Of a stretch of DNA of 64,000 bases, positions 9,857 through 21,812 are shown piece after piece. Origin of the DNA: an uncultured Candidatus Rokubacteria bacterium. GTDB taxonomy: Bacteria > Methylomirabilota > Methylomirabilia > Rokubacteriales > CSP1-6. Location of the stretch: NCBI GenBank assembly GCA_963762145.1, contig CAVXJS010000009.1, positions 160,001 to 224,000 of the forward strand, read 5' to 3'. Both the position numbers and the translations under genes were made by a program. The notes under the pieces are model-generated. The model saw nothing but the letters and a program-made list of their open reading frames with translations. It was not told the DNA's origin and did no database searches. Within the stretch, counting starts at the first letter, position 1. The number at the start of each line of letters is the position of its first letter.

Positions 9857-11515
9857 CCGCCGACCTCGTTCTCGTCAACGGCCGCATCCTGACCCTCGAC
9901 CCCCGGCGCCCCGTCGTCGCCGCGCTCGCGGTCGCCGACGGGCGGATCGCGGCCACCGGGGGGCGCGCGGAGGTCGAGCGGCGGCGCGACCGGCACGCGC
10001 GGGTGATCGACCTGCGCGGGGCGCACCGTCATCCCCGGGCTCGTGGACGCCCACGCCCATCTCGATCGCGAGGGGCTGAAGCTCATCTATCCCTCGCTCG
10101 CGCGGTGCCGCTCGATCGCCGATATCCAGCGGCTGATCCGCGGGCAGGCGGCCCGCCGGAAGCCGGGCGAGTGGATCGTCACCATGCCGATCGGCGCGCC
10201 GCCGTTCTACCAGGGCATGCCCGACGGCCTGGCCGAGCGGCGATGGCCGACGCGGGCGGACCTCGACGCCGCCGCGCCCGACCATCCCGTCTACATTCGC
10301 GGGATCTGGGGCTACTGGAACCGGCCGCCCGTCTACTCGGTCGCGAACAGCCGCGCGCTCGCGCTGGCCGGCATCACGCGCGACACGGTGCCGCCGCCGG
10401 GCGTGGAGATCCTGAAGGACGCCGCCGGCGAGCCCACCGGCGTGCTTCGTCGAGCACAATCTCATCCAGGTCGTCGAGTTCACCCTGATGCGTGCGGCGC
10501 CGCGCTTCACGCCCGCGGACCGCCTGCGCGCGCTCCGCGTCTCGCAGCGCCGCTACGCGGCGCGCGGGGTGACCGCGGTGTACGAGGGCCATGGGATCGC
10601 GCCCGAGGTGCTGGCCGCCTACCGGGAGAGCCACGCGCGGGGCGAGCTCCGGCTGCGCTGCGCGCTCGCGGTCAGCCCGACGTGGGACGCGGCCGGGGCC
10701 GCACGCGCGATTCCCGAGCTGGCCGCGTGGGCCGGTGGGCGCGGGCTCGGCGACGACCGCCTGCGCGTGGGCGGCATCTGCCTGCACTACGGCGGCGACC
10801 CCGGCGTCGCGCGCATCCTGCACGCGTCCCAGCCCTATACCGGATGGGCGGGGTTCGTCGAGAGCGCCAACGACCCCGCCGCCTATCGCGAGCAGGCCGA
10901 GCTGGCCGCACGCCACCGGCTGCGCGTCAACACACTGGTGACGCGGTGCTTGCCGGAAGTGCTCGACGCGTGGGAGGACGTGGCGCCGACGCCATCCCAT
11001 CCACGATCTGCGCTGGGTCCTCGTGCATCTCAACGCGGCCAGCGCCCGAGCAGCTCGCGCGCATCCGCCGGCTCGGCGCGGTGGCCACGACCAACCCCAT
11101 CTCCTACCTCTACCGCTCGGCCGGCGACGAGGTGGCGAAGCTCGGCGGCGCCGCCGACCAGCTTCTGCCTCACCGGAGCCTGGCCCGCCACCGCATCCCG
11201 TTCGGGATGGCCACCGACAACAAGCCGGCCGATCCGTGGGTCGCTTTCGCCGCGGTGGTAGCCCGCCGCGACATGCGCACGGGCATCGTCGTGGGCGAGC
11301 GCGAGCGGCTCACCCGGACCCAGGCGCTCGTCGCCCTCACGCAGGGCGGCGCCTGGGTGACGTTCGCCGAGCGGGAGCGCGGCCGGCTGGCCCCGGGCTG
11401 GGCCGCCGACCTCGCGGTGCTCGAGCACGACCCGCTGACCGCGCCGCTCGAGGCACTGGTCGGACAGACGGCGCGCCTCACCATGGTCGGCGGCGAGATC
11501 GTCCACGATGCCTGA
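9844..11515 (+). CDS. Amidohydrolase_3 (YtcJ/NfdA-like) metal-dependent hydrolase (frameshifted)
   Basis: ADLVLVNGRILT, IDL.G..V.PGLVDAHAH, VANSRALALAGITRDT, GEPTG, ATDNKP, GRLAPGWAADLAVL, TMVGGEIV. Confidence 0.85.
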
Positions 11516-13400
11516 GCTGCGCTCGCCGCGGGTGTGGCTGGCCATCGCCTGGTCGAGCTTCCAGCTCTACACGGCCTACGCCGGGCTCTACGACCTGCTG
11601 ATCCAGCTCCCGGTGCACGTGGCCTTCGCCATCGCGCTCGGGTTCCTGACCGAGCCGACGCCCGACTCGTCCGAGGCCGCAGCCCGGCTGGCCTCACAGC
11701 GCCCTCGGCGCTGGCTCGACGGCGGCCTGGCGCTGCTGGCCTTGCTCTGCGCCGCACACTACGTGTGGCACAACGAGCGGCTGGCGAGCCGCATGGCCAT
11801 GGTGGACGATCCCGGAGCGCGTGGATGTCGTCGTCGGCGTGCTCTTCACCGTGCTGCTGCTGGAGGCGTCTCGCCGCCACATCGGCCCGGCCCTCGTCAT
11901 CCTGGCGCTCGTCTTCGTGGCGTACGCGTTCGCTGGCCCCTGGCTGCCCGGCTTCGTCGGCCACGGCGGAGAGACGTTCCTCAAGCTGATCGACCAGCAG
12001 ACGCTGACGACCCAGGGGATCTTCGGCATCCCCACGCTGGTCTCGGCCACGTTCATCTTCCTGTTCGTGGTCTTCGGCAGCGTGATGTCCCACGGAGGCC
12101 TGCTCGCGCTTCTTCACCGACGGCGCCCTCGCGGTCGCCGGCGGCACCCGCGGCGGCGCGGGGAAGGTCGCGGTGATCTCGAGCGGGCTGTTCGGCACGG
12201 TCAACGGCAGCGCGATCGCCAACGCGGTCACCACGGGCGCGTTCACGATCCCGCTGATGAAGCGCGCCGGCTACCGGCCGGAGTTCGCCGCCGGGGTCGA
12301 GGCGTGCGCGTCGATGGGCGGCCAGCTCATCCCGCCGGTCATGGGCGCGGCCGCCTTCATCATGGCGGAGACGCTGCAGGTGTCGTATGCCTCGATCGCG
12401 GTGGCGGCCGCGATCCCCGGCGTGCTCTACTTCGTCGCGGTCGGCGTGATGGTCCACTTCGAGGCCGCGCCGCCGGGGCCTGCCCGTGCTGGACCGCAGC
12501 GCGCTGCCGCGCCTGGGCGCCGTCCTGCGACGCGACCTGCACCTGCTGGGGGGCCCGGCCGTGCTCGTGTACTTCCTCGTGGACGGGCGCTCGCCGCTCT
12601 TCGCCGGGTTCTGGGCGCTGGTCGCGGCGTTCGCCCTGTCGTGGGTGCGTCGGGACACCCGGATCGGGCTGGCCCGCAGCCTCTCGATCCTCGTCGACAG
12701 CGCCCAGGCCGCGATGCCGGTGGCGCTGGCGTGCGCGACGGTCGGGCATCGTGGTCGGCGTCGTGACGCACCACCGGGCTCGGGCTCAAGCTCGCCACCG
12801 GCATCGTCGGCCTGGCCGGAGGCAGCCTGCTCCTCACGTTGATCCTCACGATGGTCGCCGCGCTCGTGCTGGGCACCGGGCTGCCGACCTCCGCGACCTA
12901 CATCATCACGTCGATCATGGCCGCCCCGGCGCTGGTCGAGCTGGGCGTGCCCAAGCTGGTCGCGCACATGTTCGTGTTCTACTTCGGAATCCTGGCCGAC
13001 CTCACCCCGCCGACCGCGATCTCGACCTACGCGACCTCGTCGATCGCGGGCGCCGACGTGTGGCGCACGCAGTGGCTGGGCATGATGCTGGCCCTGTCGG
13101 GCTTCATCATCCCGTTCTCGTTCGTCTACGACCCGGCGCTGCTGCTGATCAACGCCTCGGTGCCCCACATCGTCTTGCGGACACTGGCGGCCACGCTGGG
13201 GATCGTCATGCTGGGGGCCGGCCTCATCGGGTACTTCCGCGACGCCGACCCGTCTCTGGGAGCGCGTGCTGCTCCTGGCCGGCGCGCTGCTGCTGATCTT
13301 TCCCGGCGCCTGGACCGATGCGGCCGGGATTCTCTGCTTCGCCGCGGTAGTCGTCTCGCAGCGCGCCGCTCGACCGGCCGGCGCCACGGAGGTAGCGTGA
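11508..13400 (+). CDS. TRAP fused 4TM/12TM permease, TAXI type (frameshifted)
   Basis: GIFGIP, SSGLFGTVNGSAIAN, SMGGQLIPPVMGAAAFIMAE, LGTGLPTSATY, HMFVFYFGILADLTPP; several indels. Confidence 0.88.
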
Positions 13401-14771
13401 TGGCACAGGGCATCCGGGACTTCGTGGCCGGCTACGAGCGCGCCTTCCCGGGCGAGGTCGTGCACGTGACCGAGCCGGTGACGACCGATCACGACATCAT
13501 GGCGCTCGTGCTCGAGTACGAGCGGCGGCGGCGCTGGCCCATCCTCCTGTTCGAGAAGGTCACCGGCGCCGACATGCCGATCATCGCCAACGTGGTGGCC
13601 AGCCGCACCGCGCTCGCGTGGGCGCTCGGGGTGCCCGAGGCGCGCCTGGCGCGGGAGTACGCGCGGCGCATCAAGGACACGATCAAGCCCACGGTGGTCG
13701 CGCGCGCGCCGTTCCACGAGCGCGTGCTGACCGGCGCCGACCTCGATCTCGGCCGCGCTGCCGATCCCGACCTATTTCCCGGGTGACGCGGGCCGCTACC
13801 TGACCGCCGGCATGCTCGTCGCGCGCGATCCCGAGACCGGGGTGGAGACCGAGGGCTATCACCGCTTCCAGGTGAAGGGCCGCGACCGCATGGGCGTGAG
13901 CCTCCATTCGCGCCGCCGCATGTTCGAGTACCAGCGCCGCGCGGAGGCGCGCGGCCAGGCGCTGCCGTGCGCGGTCGCGCTCGGCCTGCACCCGCTCGTG
14001 TCGATGGGCTCCCTCGCCTACCCGCCCGCCGAGGTCGGCAAATTCGAGGTGGTGGGCGGCCTCTTCGGCGAGCCGCTCGAGGTCGCGCCCTGCACCACCA
14101 TCGACCTCACGGTCCCCGCGGCGGCCGAGATCGTGATCGAGGGCGAGATCCTGCCCGGCGTGCGCGAGCCCGAGGGGCCGTTCGGCGAGTTCACCGGCTA
14201 CTTCTCGCGCCGCTCGACCGAGCACGTCTTCCAGGCCAAGGCGATCTCGATGCGGACGAGCCCCTGGTTCCAGTCCATCGGCTCCGGCCGCGCGGGCGAC
14301 CACATCACGACGCTGGCGCTCGTGCGTGAGGCGGAGATCTGGAACGCGCTCCAGCGCGTGATCCCCAACGTGACCGGCGTCCACGTGCCGCTGTCCGGCA
14401 CGTCGTCCTTCACCGCCTACGTCGCGATCAAGCAGGGCCGCCCGGGCGAGGCCAAGCACGTGATCCCGATCGTGCTCGGGGTGGACCACTACCTCAAGCT
14501 CGTGATCGTGGTGGACGACGACATCGACGTGTTCGACGAGTCCGACGTGATGTGGGCGGTGGCCACCCGCATGCAGGCCGACCGCGACCTCGTCACCATC
14601 GGCGGCAGCCTCGGGGCCCTGCTGGATCCGAGCGCCGACGAGCGCGGGGTGACCGCCAAGCTCGGCATCGACGCCACCCGGCCGTTCGGAGAGCCTTTCG
14701 CGGACAAGCTCGTGATGGATCCCGCGAAGATGGCCTGGGCGCGCACGCTGGTGGATCGCCTCGGGGGCTGA
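13400..14771 (+). CDS. UbiD-family prFMN-dependent (de)carboxylase (one frameshift near 13750)
   Basis: MAQGIRDFV..LLFEKV; DAGRYLTAG, YHRFQV, VPAAAEIVIEG, EGPFGEFTGY, VVDDDIDVFD..DVMWAVATR, LDPS, KLGIDAT. Confidence 0.92.
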
Positions 14772-14796
14772 AGCACACACCTCAAGGAGGTTTCTC

Positions 14797-16026
14797 ATGA
14801 CCACGCCTCGTCGCATCAATGTCTCCTCCGGCCGGACCCTCGAAGAGACGGCGCACTACTCGCGCGCGGTCCGTGTCGGCGACACGGTGCTGCAAGCCGG
14901 CACGACCGCGATCGACCGGAAAGGCGACGTGCGCGGCGTCGGCGACGCCACGAAGCAGGTCGAGACGATCATGGCCATCGCGGAGTGGAGCATGGGCAAG
15001 GCGGGCGGTCGCCTCGACGACGTGGTGCGTTCCCGGATCTACGTCACCGACATGAAGGTCGCGGACGAGGCGGCGCGCGCCCTAGCCAGGCGCTTCCGTG
15101 ACGTGCGGCCGGCCTCGACGCTGGTCGAAGTCCGTGGGCTCGCGCGCCCGGAACAGCTCGTCGAGATCGAGCTCGAGGCCGTCGACGGTGCCGGCAAGAG
15201 CGCCCGCCGCATCGGCTCGGGACGGTCCATCGAGGACCAGTACGCATACTCCCGGGCGCTCCGGGTGGGCGACCGCGTGTTCATCTCCGGCAGCACCGCC
15301 CTCAACGCGCAGGGTGGGATCGACGGGCCCGGTGACATGTACCGCCAGACCCGGAGCACCCTGGACACGATCTTCGCGGCACTGGCCGAGGCCGGCGGCA
15401 AGCCCGCCGATCTCGTCTACACGAAGAGCTTCTTCTCCGATCTCTCGCACATGGCCGACTACACGCGCGCATGGCTGGAGGCGTTCGGCGACGTCCGGCC
15501 GACGTCCACCACGCTCGGCATCCCCGCGCTGCTGCGGCCGGAGATGCTGATCGAGATCGAGGCGGAAGCGATCATCGGCGCCGCGAGGACACGGCGCGAC
15601 GTCTACACGCAGCAGCAGCGCGAGAAGTCTCGGGGCTATGCGCGGCTCGTGGAAATCGGGGAGCGGATCTACATGAGCGGGTGCACCGACCTCGATGCGG
15701 CCGGCCAGCTCCAGGCGCCGAACGACTGGGCGGCCCAGTACGACCACGCGCTCGAAACCGTGCGCTGGTCGCTGGATCAGGTGGGCGCATCCCTCGACGA
15801 CGTCGTCCGGCGCCAGACGTTCACCGTCGATCGCGCGCAGGTGAATCGTGCGCCCGGTCAGGGCCCGGCGTACTTTGCCGGGAGCCGGCCCGCGTCGATG
15901 GGCTGCCGCATCATGGGCCTCGGGCGGCCGGAGCTGCTCGTCGAGATCGAGGTGATGGCCGTGAAGGGCGCCGGCACCGGGATCGAAGCGATCGGTCCGG
16001 ATTCCGTGGATCCGGTCGATCGCTGA
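14797..16026 (+). CDS. Protein of three tandem Rid (YjgF/YER057c/UK114) domains
   Basis: Three repeats of [10 protein letters not shown](T/S/C)T..RP(A/T)S..L.RPE.L(V/I)EIE..A. Confidence 0.9.
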   Translation: MTTPRRINVSSGRTLEETAHYSRAVRVGDTVLQAGTTAIDRKGDVRGVGDATKQVETIMAIAEWSMGKAGGRLDDVVRSRIYVTDMKVADEAARALARRFRDVRPASTLVEVRGLARPEQLVEIELEAVDGAGKSARRIGSGRSIEDQYAYSRALRVGDRVFISGSTALNAQGGIDGPGDMYRQTRSTLDTIFAALAEAGGKPADLVYTKSFFSDLSHMADYTRAWLEAFGDVRPTSTTLGIPALLRPEMLIEIEAEAIIGAARTRRDVYTQQQREKSRGYARLVEIGERIYMSGCTDLDAAGQLQAPNDWAAQYDHALETVRWSLDQVGASLDDVVRRQTFTVDRAQVNRAPGQGPAYFAGSRPASMGCRIMGLGRPELLVEIEVMAVKGAGTGIEAIGPDSVDPVDR

Positions 16027-16042
16027 AGCATCGATGGGCCGC

Positions 16043-16951
16043 CTACTCGCCGCGGAGCCGGGGATCGAGCAGGTCGCGGAGCGCGTCGCCCACCAGGTTG
16101 AAGGCGAGCACCGCCAGCATGATCGCGAGCCCGGAGAACGTGGTGATCCACGGGCAGCACTTGATGTACTGGCGGCCCTCGCTGAGGATGTTGCCCCAGC
16201 TCGGCGTGGGCGGCGGGATCCCGAGGCCCGAGGAACGACAGGCTCGCCTCGGTCCGGATGGCGGTCGCGATGTAGAGCGTGCCCACGACCACCAGCGCGT
16301 AGAGCGCGTTGGGGAAGACGTGGCGGGCCATCACGCGGAGCTGCCCGCTGCCGAGGGCGCGCGCGGCCATGATGTAGTCCTGCTCGCGGATGGTCAGGGC
16401 GAGGCTGCGCGCCAGGCGCACGAAGTTCGGGGTCAGCGCGATGCCGATGGCCAGGATCTCGTTGATGAGCGAGCCGCCCAGCGCGGTGACGATGATCAGC
16501 GCCAGCAGGAGCGTGGGAAACGCCATCAGCATGTCCGCGCACCGCATGATCAGCGGTCTCGACCTCGCCGCCGCGCACGCCGGCGAGGATGCCCAGCGGC
16601 ACGCCGAGCACGAAGCCCCAGAGCACCGAGGCGAGGCCGACCTGCAGCGAGACGCGCGCGCCCCAGATGATGCGGCTCAGGATGTCGCGCCCGAACTCGT
16701 CCGTCCCCAGCAGGTGGCGCTCGACGCGCCCGGCCCCTTGAGCACGGCGTCGGAGAACTGCGCCGACGGGCTCAGCGGCGCGATGAGGGGCGCGGCGGCC
16801 GCCATCACGACCATGGCCACCGCCATCAGGAGCCCGATCCCGATGGGCAGCCAGCGGCGCAGGTAGCGGCGGCGCGCGGGCGCGCCTGCGCCTCTCGCCT
16901 CGGCGGCGGCGACGCTGAGGTCGAGCGATCCGCGCTGCGAACGATGGCCAT
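16043..16951 (-). CDS. Opp/Dpp ABC permease (DppC-like), frameshifted
   Basis: [54 protein letters not shown]. Confidence 0.85.
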
Positions 16952-16968
16952 GGCGGCTCCGGTCCGGC

Positions 16969-17980
16969 CTACCGGTAGGTGATCGCGGGGGTCGACGACC
17001 GCGTAGAGCATGTCGACGACCAGGTTGACGACGATGATGATCATGGTGAACACGGTGATGGCGCCCTGGGCCAGCGGGTAGTCGCGGGCGCCGATGGCGT
17101 CCACCAGCATCTTGCCGAGCCCGGGCCGCGTGAAGACCGTCTCGGTGAGCACGGTGCCGGTCAGCGCGATGGCCACGAAGATCCCGATGATGGTGAGCAG
17201 CGGGACCATCATGTTGCGGAGCGCGTGCTTGTAGACGACCAGCGCGCTCGCCCTGGCCCTTGGCGCGCGCGGTGCGGATGTAGTCCTGGCTGATCACCTC
17301 CAGCATGGCCGAGCGCGAGAGCCGGCTGACCGTGGCGGCCAGCGTGAAGCCGAGCGCGAGCGCGGGCAGGGCCAGGTGGTGGAGGACGTCGCCCACCGCG
17401 GCGAGGAAGTCGCGCGGGCTCGGTGAAGACCTCGCCGGAGCGGATCATGGCGAGGACGCCGTCGAGGTCGCCGCCGCCGATGAGCGGGAAGATGTCGAGG
17501 TGCAGCGAGAACACGATCAGGAGCAGGATCCCGAGCCAGAACACCGGCATCGACAGGCCGAGCAGCGCGAAGATCCGCAGCGGGTAGTCGATCAGCGGGT
17601 TGCGGCGCTTGAGCGCGGAGATGATGCCGATCGGGATGCCGATCAGGGCCGCCACGACGGCGCTCGCCACGACCAGCACCAGGGTGTGCGGGAACATGCG
17701 GGCGATGTACTCGCTGACCGGGTAGCCCTGGCGGAAGCGAGTTGCCGAAGTCGAACTGCACCGACCGCCAGATGTAGTCGGCGTACTGGACCGCCAGCGG
17801 CCGGCTGCAGCCCGAGGTTCTTGGTGCAGTCCGCGAGCGCCTCGGTGGTCGCCTGGTCGCCCATCATGGCCACGCACGGGTCGCCCGGGCAGGATGCGCA
17901 TCGCGAAGAACACGATGCTCATGGCCCCGAGCAGCATCGGCACCGCGACCAGGAGCCGCCGCACGCACGTACTTGAACAT
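16969..17980 (-). CDS. Opp/Dpp ABC permease (DppB-like), frameshifted
   Basis: RRLLVAVPML, SMPVFWLG, RSAMLEVISQDYIRTARAKG, ETVFTRPGLG, RDYP. Confidence 0.87.
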
Positions 17981-17996
17981 GGCTCGCGAGCTCAGC

Positions 17997-19616
17997 TCAG
18001 TTGAGGACCTTGAGCATCTCCGGGTAGTTGTAGCTGTAGTGCAGCGAGAACTCCCCGTACTCCGGGTCGAACGGGCGTGCTCACCCGCTTGGGGTTGCGC
18101 GCCCACTGCCCCGGCACGTCGCTGATGGGCAGGCAGATCAGATCCCGCTCCATGCGCTTCTGGGCCTCCGCGTAGATCGCGGCCCGCTTCTTCACGTCGC
18201 GCTCCAGCCGGCCCGCGGCGAGCAGGTCGTCGATCGCCCTGGTAGTGGGCGAAGTTGGTGCCCTTGTTGCCGGTGGCCGGGTCGGGAATCTCCTTGCGAG
18301 TCGAAGAACAGCGAGAGCCAGGGGTCGGCGTCGGTGATGCGCGTGCCGCCGTAGAGCACGAAGGGGTTCAGGTTCTTCCGGATGTTCTCGTGGTAGGTCG
18401 CGTGCTCGACGACCTGCAGCTCCACGTTGATGCCCACCTTCTTGAGCTGCTCCTGGGCCAGCGTGAGCACCTTGGGATAGAAGAACGACTTGCTGATGAA
18501 GTAGTTCTTGATCGTGAAGCCGTTCGGATGGCCGGCCTCGGCCAGGAGCTTCTTGGCCTTCTCGGGGTCGTACTCGGGGAACGTCCATCGGGATGTGGCC
18601 GAAGTAGCCGGGGGGCACGCAGCTCGATGGCCAGCCGCGCCAGACCGCCGGGGTACATGGTCTCCTTGATGGCCTTGCGGTCGATGGCGTGCATGAAGGC
18701 CCGGCGCACGCGGATGTCGTCGAAGGGCGGCTTGGTCATGTTGATGTAGAAGCGCTCCTGCCCGCCCGGGCCCCGCCGGTCGATGACCGCGCCCATCTTC
18801 TTGACCTGGTCGGCGAAGTCGGCGGTGACCGCCTCCGGGATAGAGCAGGTCGAACGTCCCCTTCTCGAGCCCGATCAGCTTGGTGGCGTCCTCGGGCACG
18901 TCGAACCAGTGGACCTCGTCGATCTGGGGCTGCCCGCCGTGGTACTTGTCGAAGGCCTTGAGGACGATCTTCTCCCGCGGCGAGTGCCGCTCGAAGTAGA
19001 AGGGGCCGGTGCCGACCGGGTTCCACTTGAACTGCTCGCCGTGCTTCTCGGCCGCCTTCTTCGAGACGATGTAGCCCTGCTGGTAGCCGACCATGCGCAG
19101 GAGGAAGATCGGGTCGAAGGCCTTCAGCGCGATCTGGACGGTGTGGGGATCGACGACCTCGATGGACTTGATCACCTCGAGGTTGACGCCGAAGCGCGTG
19201 CCCGGCGCCCGGTTGATCTGCCGCTCGAAGCTGAACTTGACGTCCTCGGCGGTCAGCTCGCCGAAGCCCTTGTGGAACTGCACGCCCTTCTTGAGCTTGA
19301 ACGTCCACACCGTGCCGTCGGGCGAGAGCGTCCAGCTCTCGGCGAGGTCGGGCTCGACCTCGGCGGTGGTGACCTTGCCGTCCTTGATGGCGAACCGGGT
19401 GAGCCCCCGGTACATGAAGCGCTTGATGGCCTGGGTCTGCCCGAGGATGCTCGTGTGCGGATCGAGGGTGTCGGGCTCCTTGGCCGCGATGTTCAGGACC
19501 TTCTTCTGGGCCTGGGCCGCGGGCGGCGCCGCGAGGGCGCCCAGGCCCATGATCAGCAGGACCGCGAGGACGGTGACGGACCGGAACGCGAACCATGAGC
19601 GGAGCGGGCTCGGCAT
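17997..19616 (-). CDS. Opp/Dpp family-5 substrate-binding protein (frameshifted)
   Basis: Signal peptide; EPDTLDPH, EPDLAESW, FKLKKGVQFH, PVGTGPF, PPFDDIRVRRA, YDPEKAKKLLAEAG. Confidence 0.9.
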
Positions 19617-19823
19617 GGGTATCCCCCTTGCGTGGAGTCGATGGGAAGCGGGCACAGGAATCGTAGCGCGGCCGGGAGGCGCCGCGATCGTGGACCTCGA
19701 GCGGGCCGGGACCGGGTCGGTCATCAGCGACCTCCGGCGGACCGTTGGGGGGCCAGCCCTCGACCCGCGGGCACCGCGCGCGGGGAGCGCCGCGGCTCAC
19801 CCGACGGGGTCAGGGTGCCGCCC

Positions 19824-19852
19824 AGGATAGTCGAGGTCGTCGCCCGCGACAA
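19824..19852 (-). promoter_or_regulatory. Sigma70-type promoter about 200 nt upstream of the SBP gene
   Basis: Minus strand TTGTCG-N17-TATCCT. Confidence 0.45.
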
Positions 19853-19874
19853 GCGGCAAGTAGCCGGGAACGGC

Positions 19875-20809
19875 CTACTTGAGCCGCGGGTCGAGGGCGT
19901 CGCGGAGGCCGTCTCCGAAGAGGTTGAACCCCAGCACGGTGACGAAGATGGCAGGCCCGGGAACAGGGACAGCCACGGGTTGGCCTGGATGAAGGCCACG
20001 TTCGCCTTGAGGTCCCATCCCCAGCTCGGCGTCGGGGGCTGGGTCCCCAGGCCCAGGAAGCTCAGCGTGGCCTCCACGATGATCGAGGTGGCGATGCCCA
20101 GGGTCGTGGTCACGATGATGGGAGCCAGGCAATTGGGCAGGATGTGGCGCGCCAGGATCATCGGATCGCGTACCCCGAGGGCCCGGCAGGATTCGATGTA
20201 CTCCTTCTCCTTGATCGAAAGCACACTGCCCCGGACGAGCCGGGCGTAGATGGGAATGCGCACGATCGCGATGGCGCCCGTCACCTTGATGGTGCCGATC
20301 AGCCCCGCGGTGGGCGTGAAGATGACCATCAGGATGATCGCCAGCAGGTAGATCGGGAAGGCGAGGATGAGGTCCATCGCGCGCATCACGACGCTGTCGA
20401 CCCGACCGCCGTAGTAGCCGGCGATCAACCCGAACGGCACCCCGACGAAGAGGGCGAGCAGCACCGAGGACACGCCGACCAGGAGCGAGATCCGGGTGCC
20501 GTGGATCACGCGGCTCAGCATGTCGCGTCCGAGCTGGTCGGTCCCGAGCGGATGGTCCCAGCTCGGGCGCGCGAAGGTCTGCGTCTGGTCGTTGGCGATC
20601 GGGCTCTGCGGCGCGAGGACGTCCGCGAAGAGGGCCACCAGCAGCAACCCGGCCACGATGACCACCCCGATGACGGCGGTCGTGCTCTTGCGCAGCCGAC
20701 GGATTGCCTGCCGGAGCGGCGACTCCGAGCGATCGCCGGCCGACACCGCGATGCCGACGGGCAGCGCGGCCTCGAGAGCTCCCCTGAACGACTCCCCGCC
20801 GTTGGCCAT
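19875..20809 (-). CDS. Opp/Dpp ABC permease (DppC-like), frameshift near 3' end
   Basis: HPLGTDQLGRDMLSR, KEKEYIESCRALG, EATLSFLGLG..PSWG; tail GDGLRDALDPRLK in adjacent frame. Confidence 0.9.
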
Positions 20810-20819
20810 CGCGCCCTCC

Positions 20820-21794
20820 TCAGGCGTACCGGATCCGCGGATCCAGGAACGTGTAGGTCAGGTCCACGAGCAGGTTGATGACCACGAACGCGAGCGCGGT
20901 GATGAGGGCGAAGCCCTGCACCTGCTGATAATCACGGGCGACGATGGCGTCGATGCCGAAGGTGCCGAGCCCGGGCATCGCGAAGAGGGTCTCCACCACG
21001 ATCGCGCCGCCGATGAGGAAGCCGACCTGGAGGCCCATCACGGTCACGGTCGGGATCAGGGCGTTCTTGAGCGCGTGCTTGAACACCACCGGCCGCTCTC
21101 CCAGGCCCTTGGCCCGCGCGGTGGTGACGTACTCGGTCCGGATCACCTCCAGCATGCTCGCGCGGAGCAGTCGGGTGAGGATGGCGGCACGCCCCACCCC
21201 GAGCGCGAAGGCGGGCATCAGCACATGCATCGTGTTACCCCACAGGCTCGCGCTGCAGACGATCGAGGGGCAGGTGCCCGGCAGGTAGACCCACCCGGAG
21301 CTCGGGAGCAGGCCGCCGAGGCCGATGGAGAACGCGAGCAGGAGCAGCACCCCGATGAAGAACTCCGGGATCGAGACCCCGATCATGGCCGCGGTCGTCG
21401 CGGTGTAGTCGGCCCAGGTGTTCTGCCGCAGCGCCCCGATGATCGCGGCGGGCACCGCGATCACCAGGGCCACGAACATCGACAGCACGATCAGCTCGAG
21501 GGTCACCGGCAGGCGGATCAGGACGTCCTGGAGCACCGGGCGCCCGGTGAGGATCGAGGCGCCCCAGTCGCCCTGCACGAGCTTGCCGAGCCAGATGAGA
21601 TACTGGACGACGATTGGCTTGTCCAGGCCGTAGGCCTCGCGGGCCTTGATCGCGTCCTCCTCGGTATAGGCGTCGCCCAGGACCGAGACCACCGGATCAC
21701 CGGGCACCGACCGCATCATCACGAAGACCACGAAGGTGATCATGAGGACCGTCGGCACGATCTGGACCAGGCGCTTCAAAATGTACGTGCGCAT
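20820..21794 (-). CDS. Opp/Dpp ABC permease (DppB-like)
   Basis: YILKRL, PGDP, EYVTTARAKGL, KHALKNA, LDPRIRY. Confidence 0.93.
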   Translation of the reverse strand: MRTYILKRLVQIVPTVLMITFVVFVMMRSVPGDPVVSVLGDAYTEEDAIKAREAYGLDKPIVVQYLIWLGKLVQGDWGASILTGRPVLQDVLIRLPVTLELIVLSMFVALVIAVPAAIIGALRQNTWADYTATTAAMIGVSIPEFFIGVLLLLAFSIGLGGLLPSSGWVYLPGTCPSIVCSASLWGNTMHVLMPAFALGVGRAAILTRLLRASMLEVIRTEYVTTARAKGLGERPVVFKHALKNALIPTVTVMGLQVGFLIGGAIVVETLFAMPGLGTFGIDAIVARDYQQVQGFALITALAFVVINLLVDLTYTFLDPRIRYA

Positions 21795-21812
21795 CGCGCG
21801 GCCGGCTCCCGC

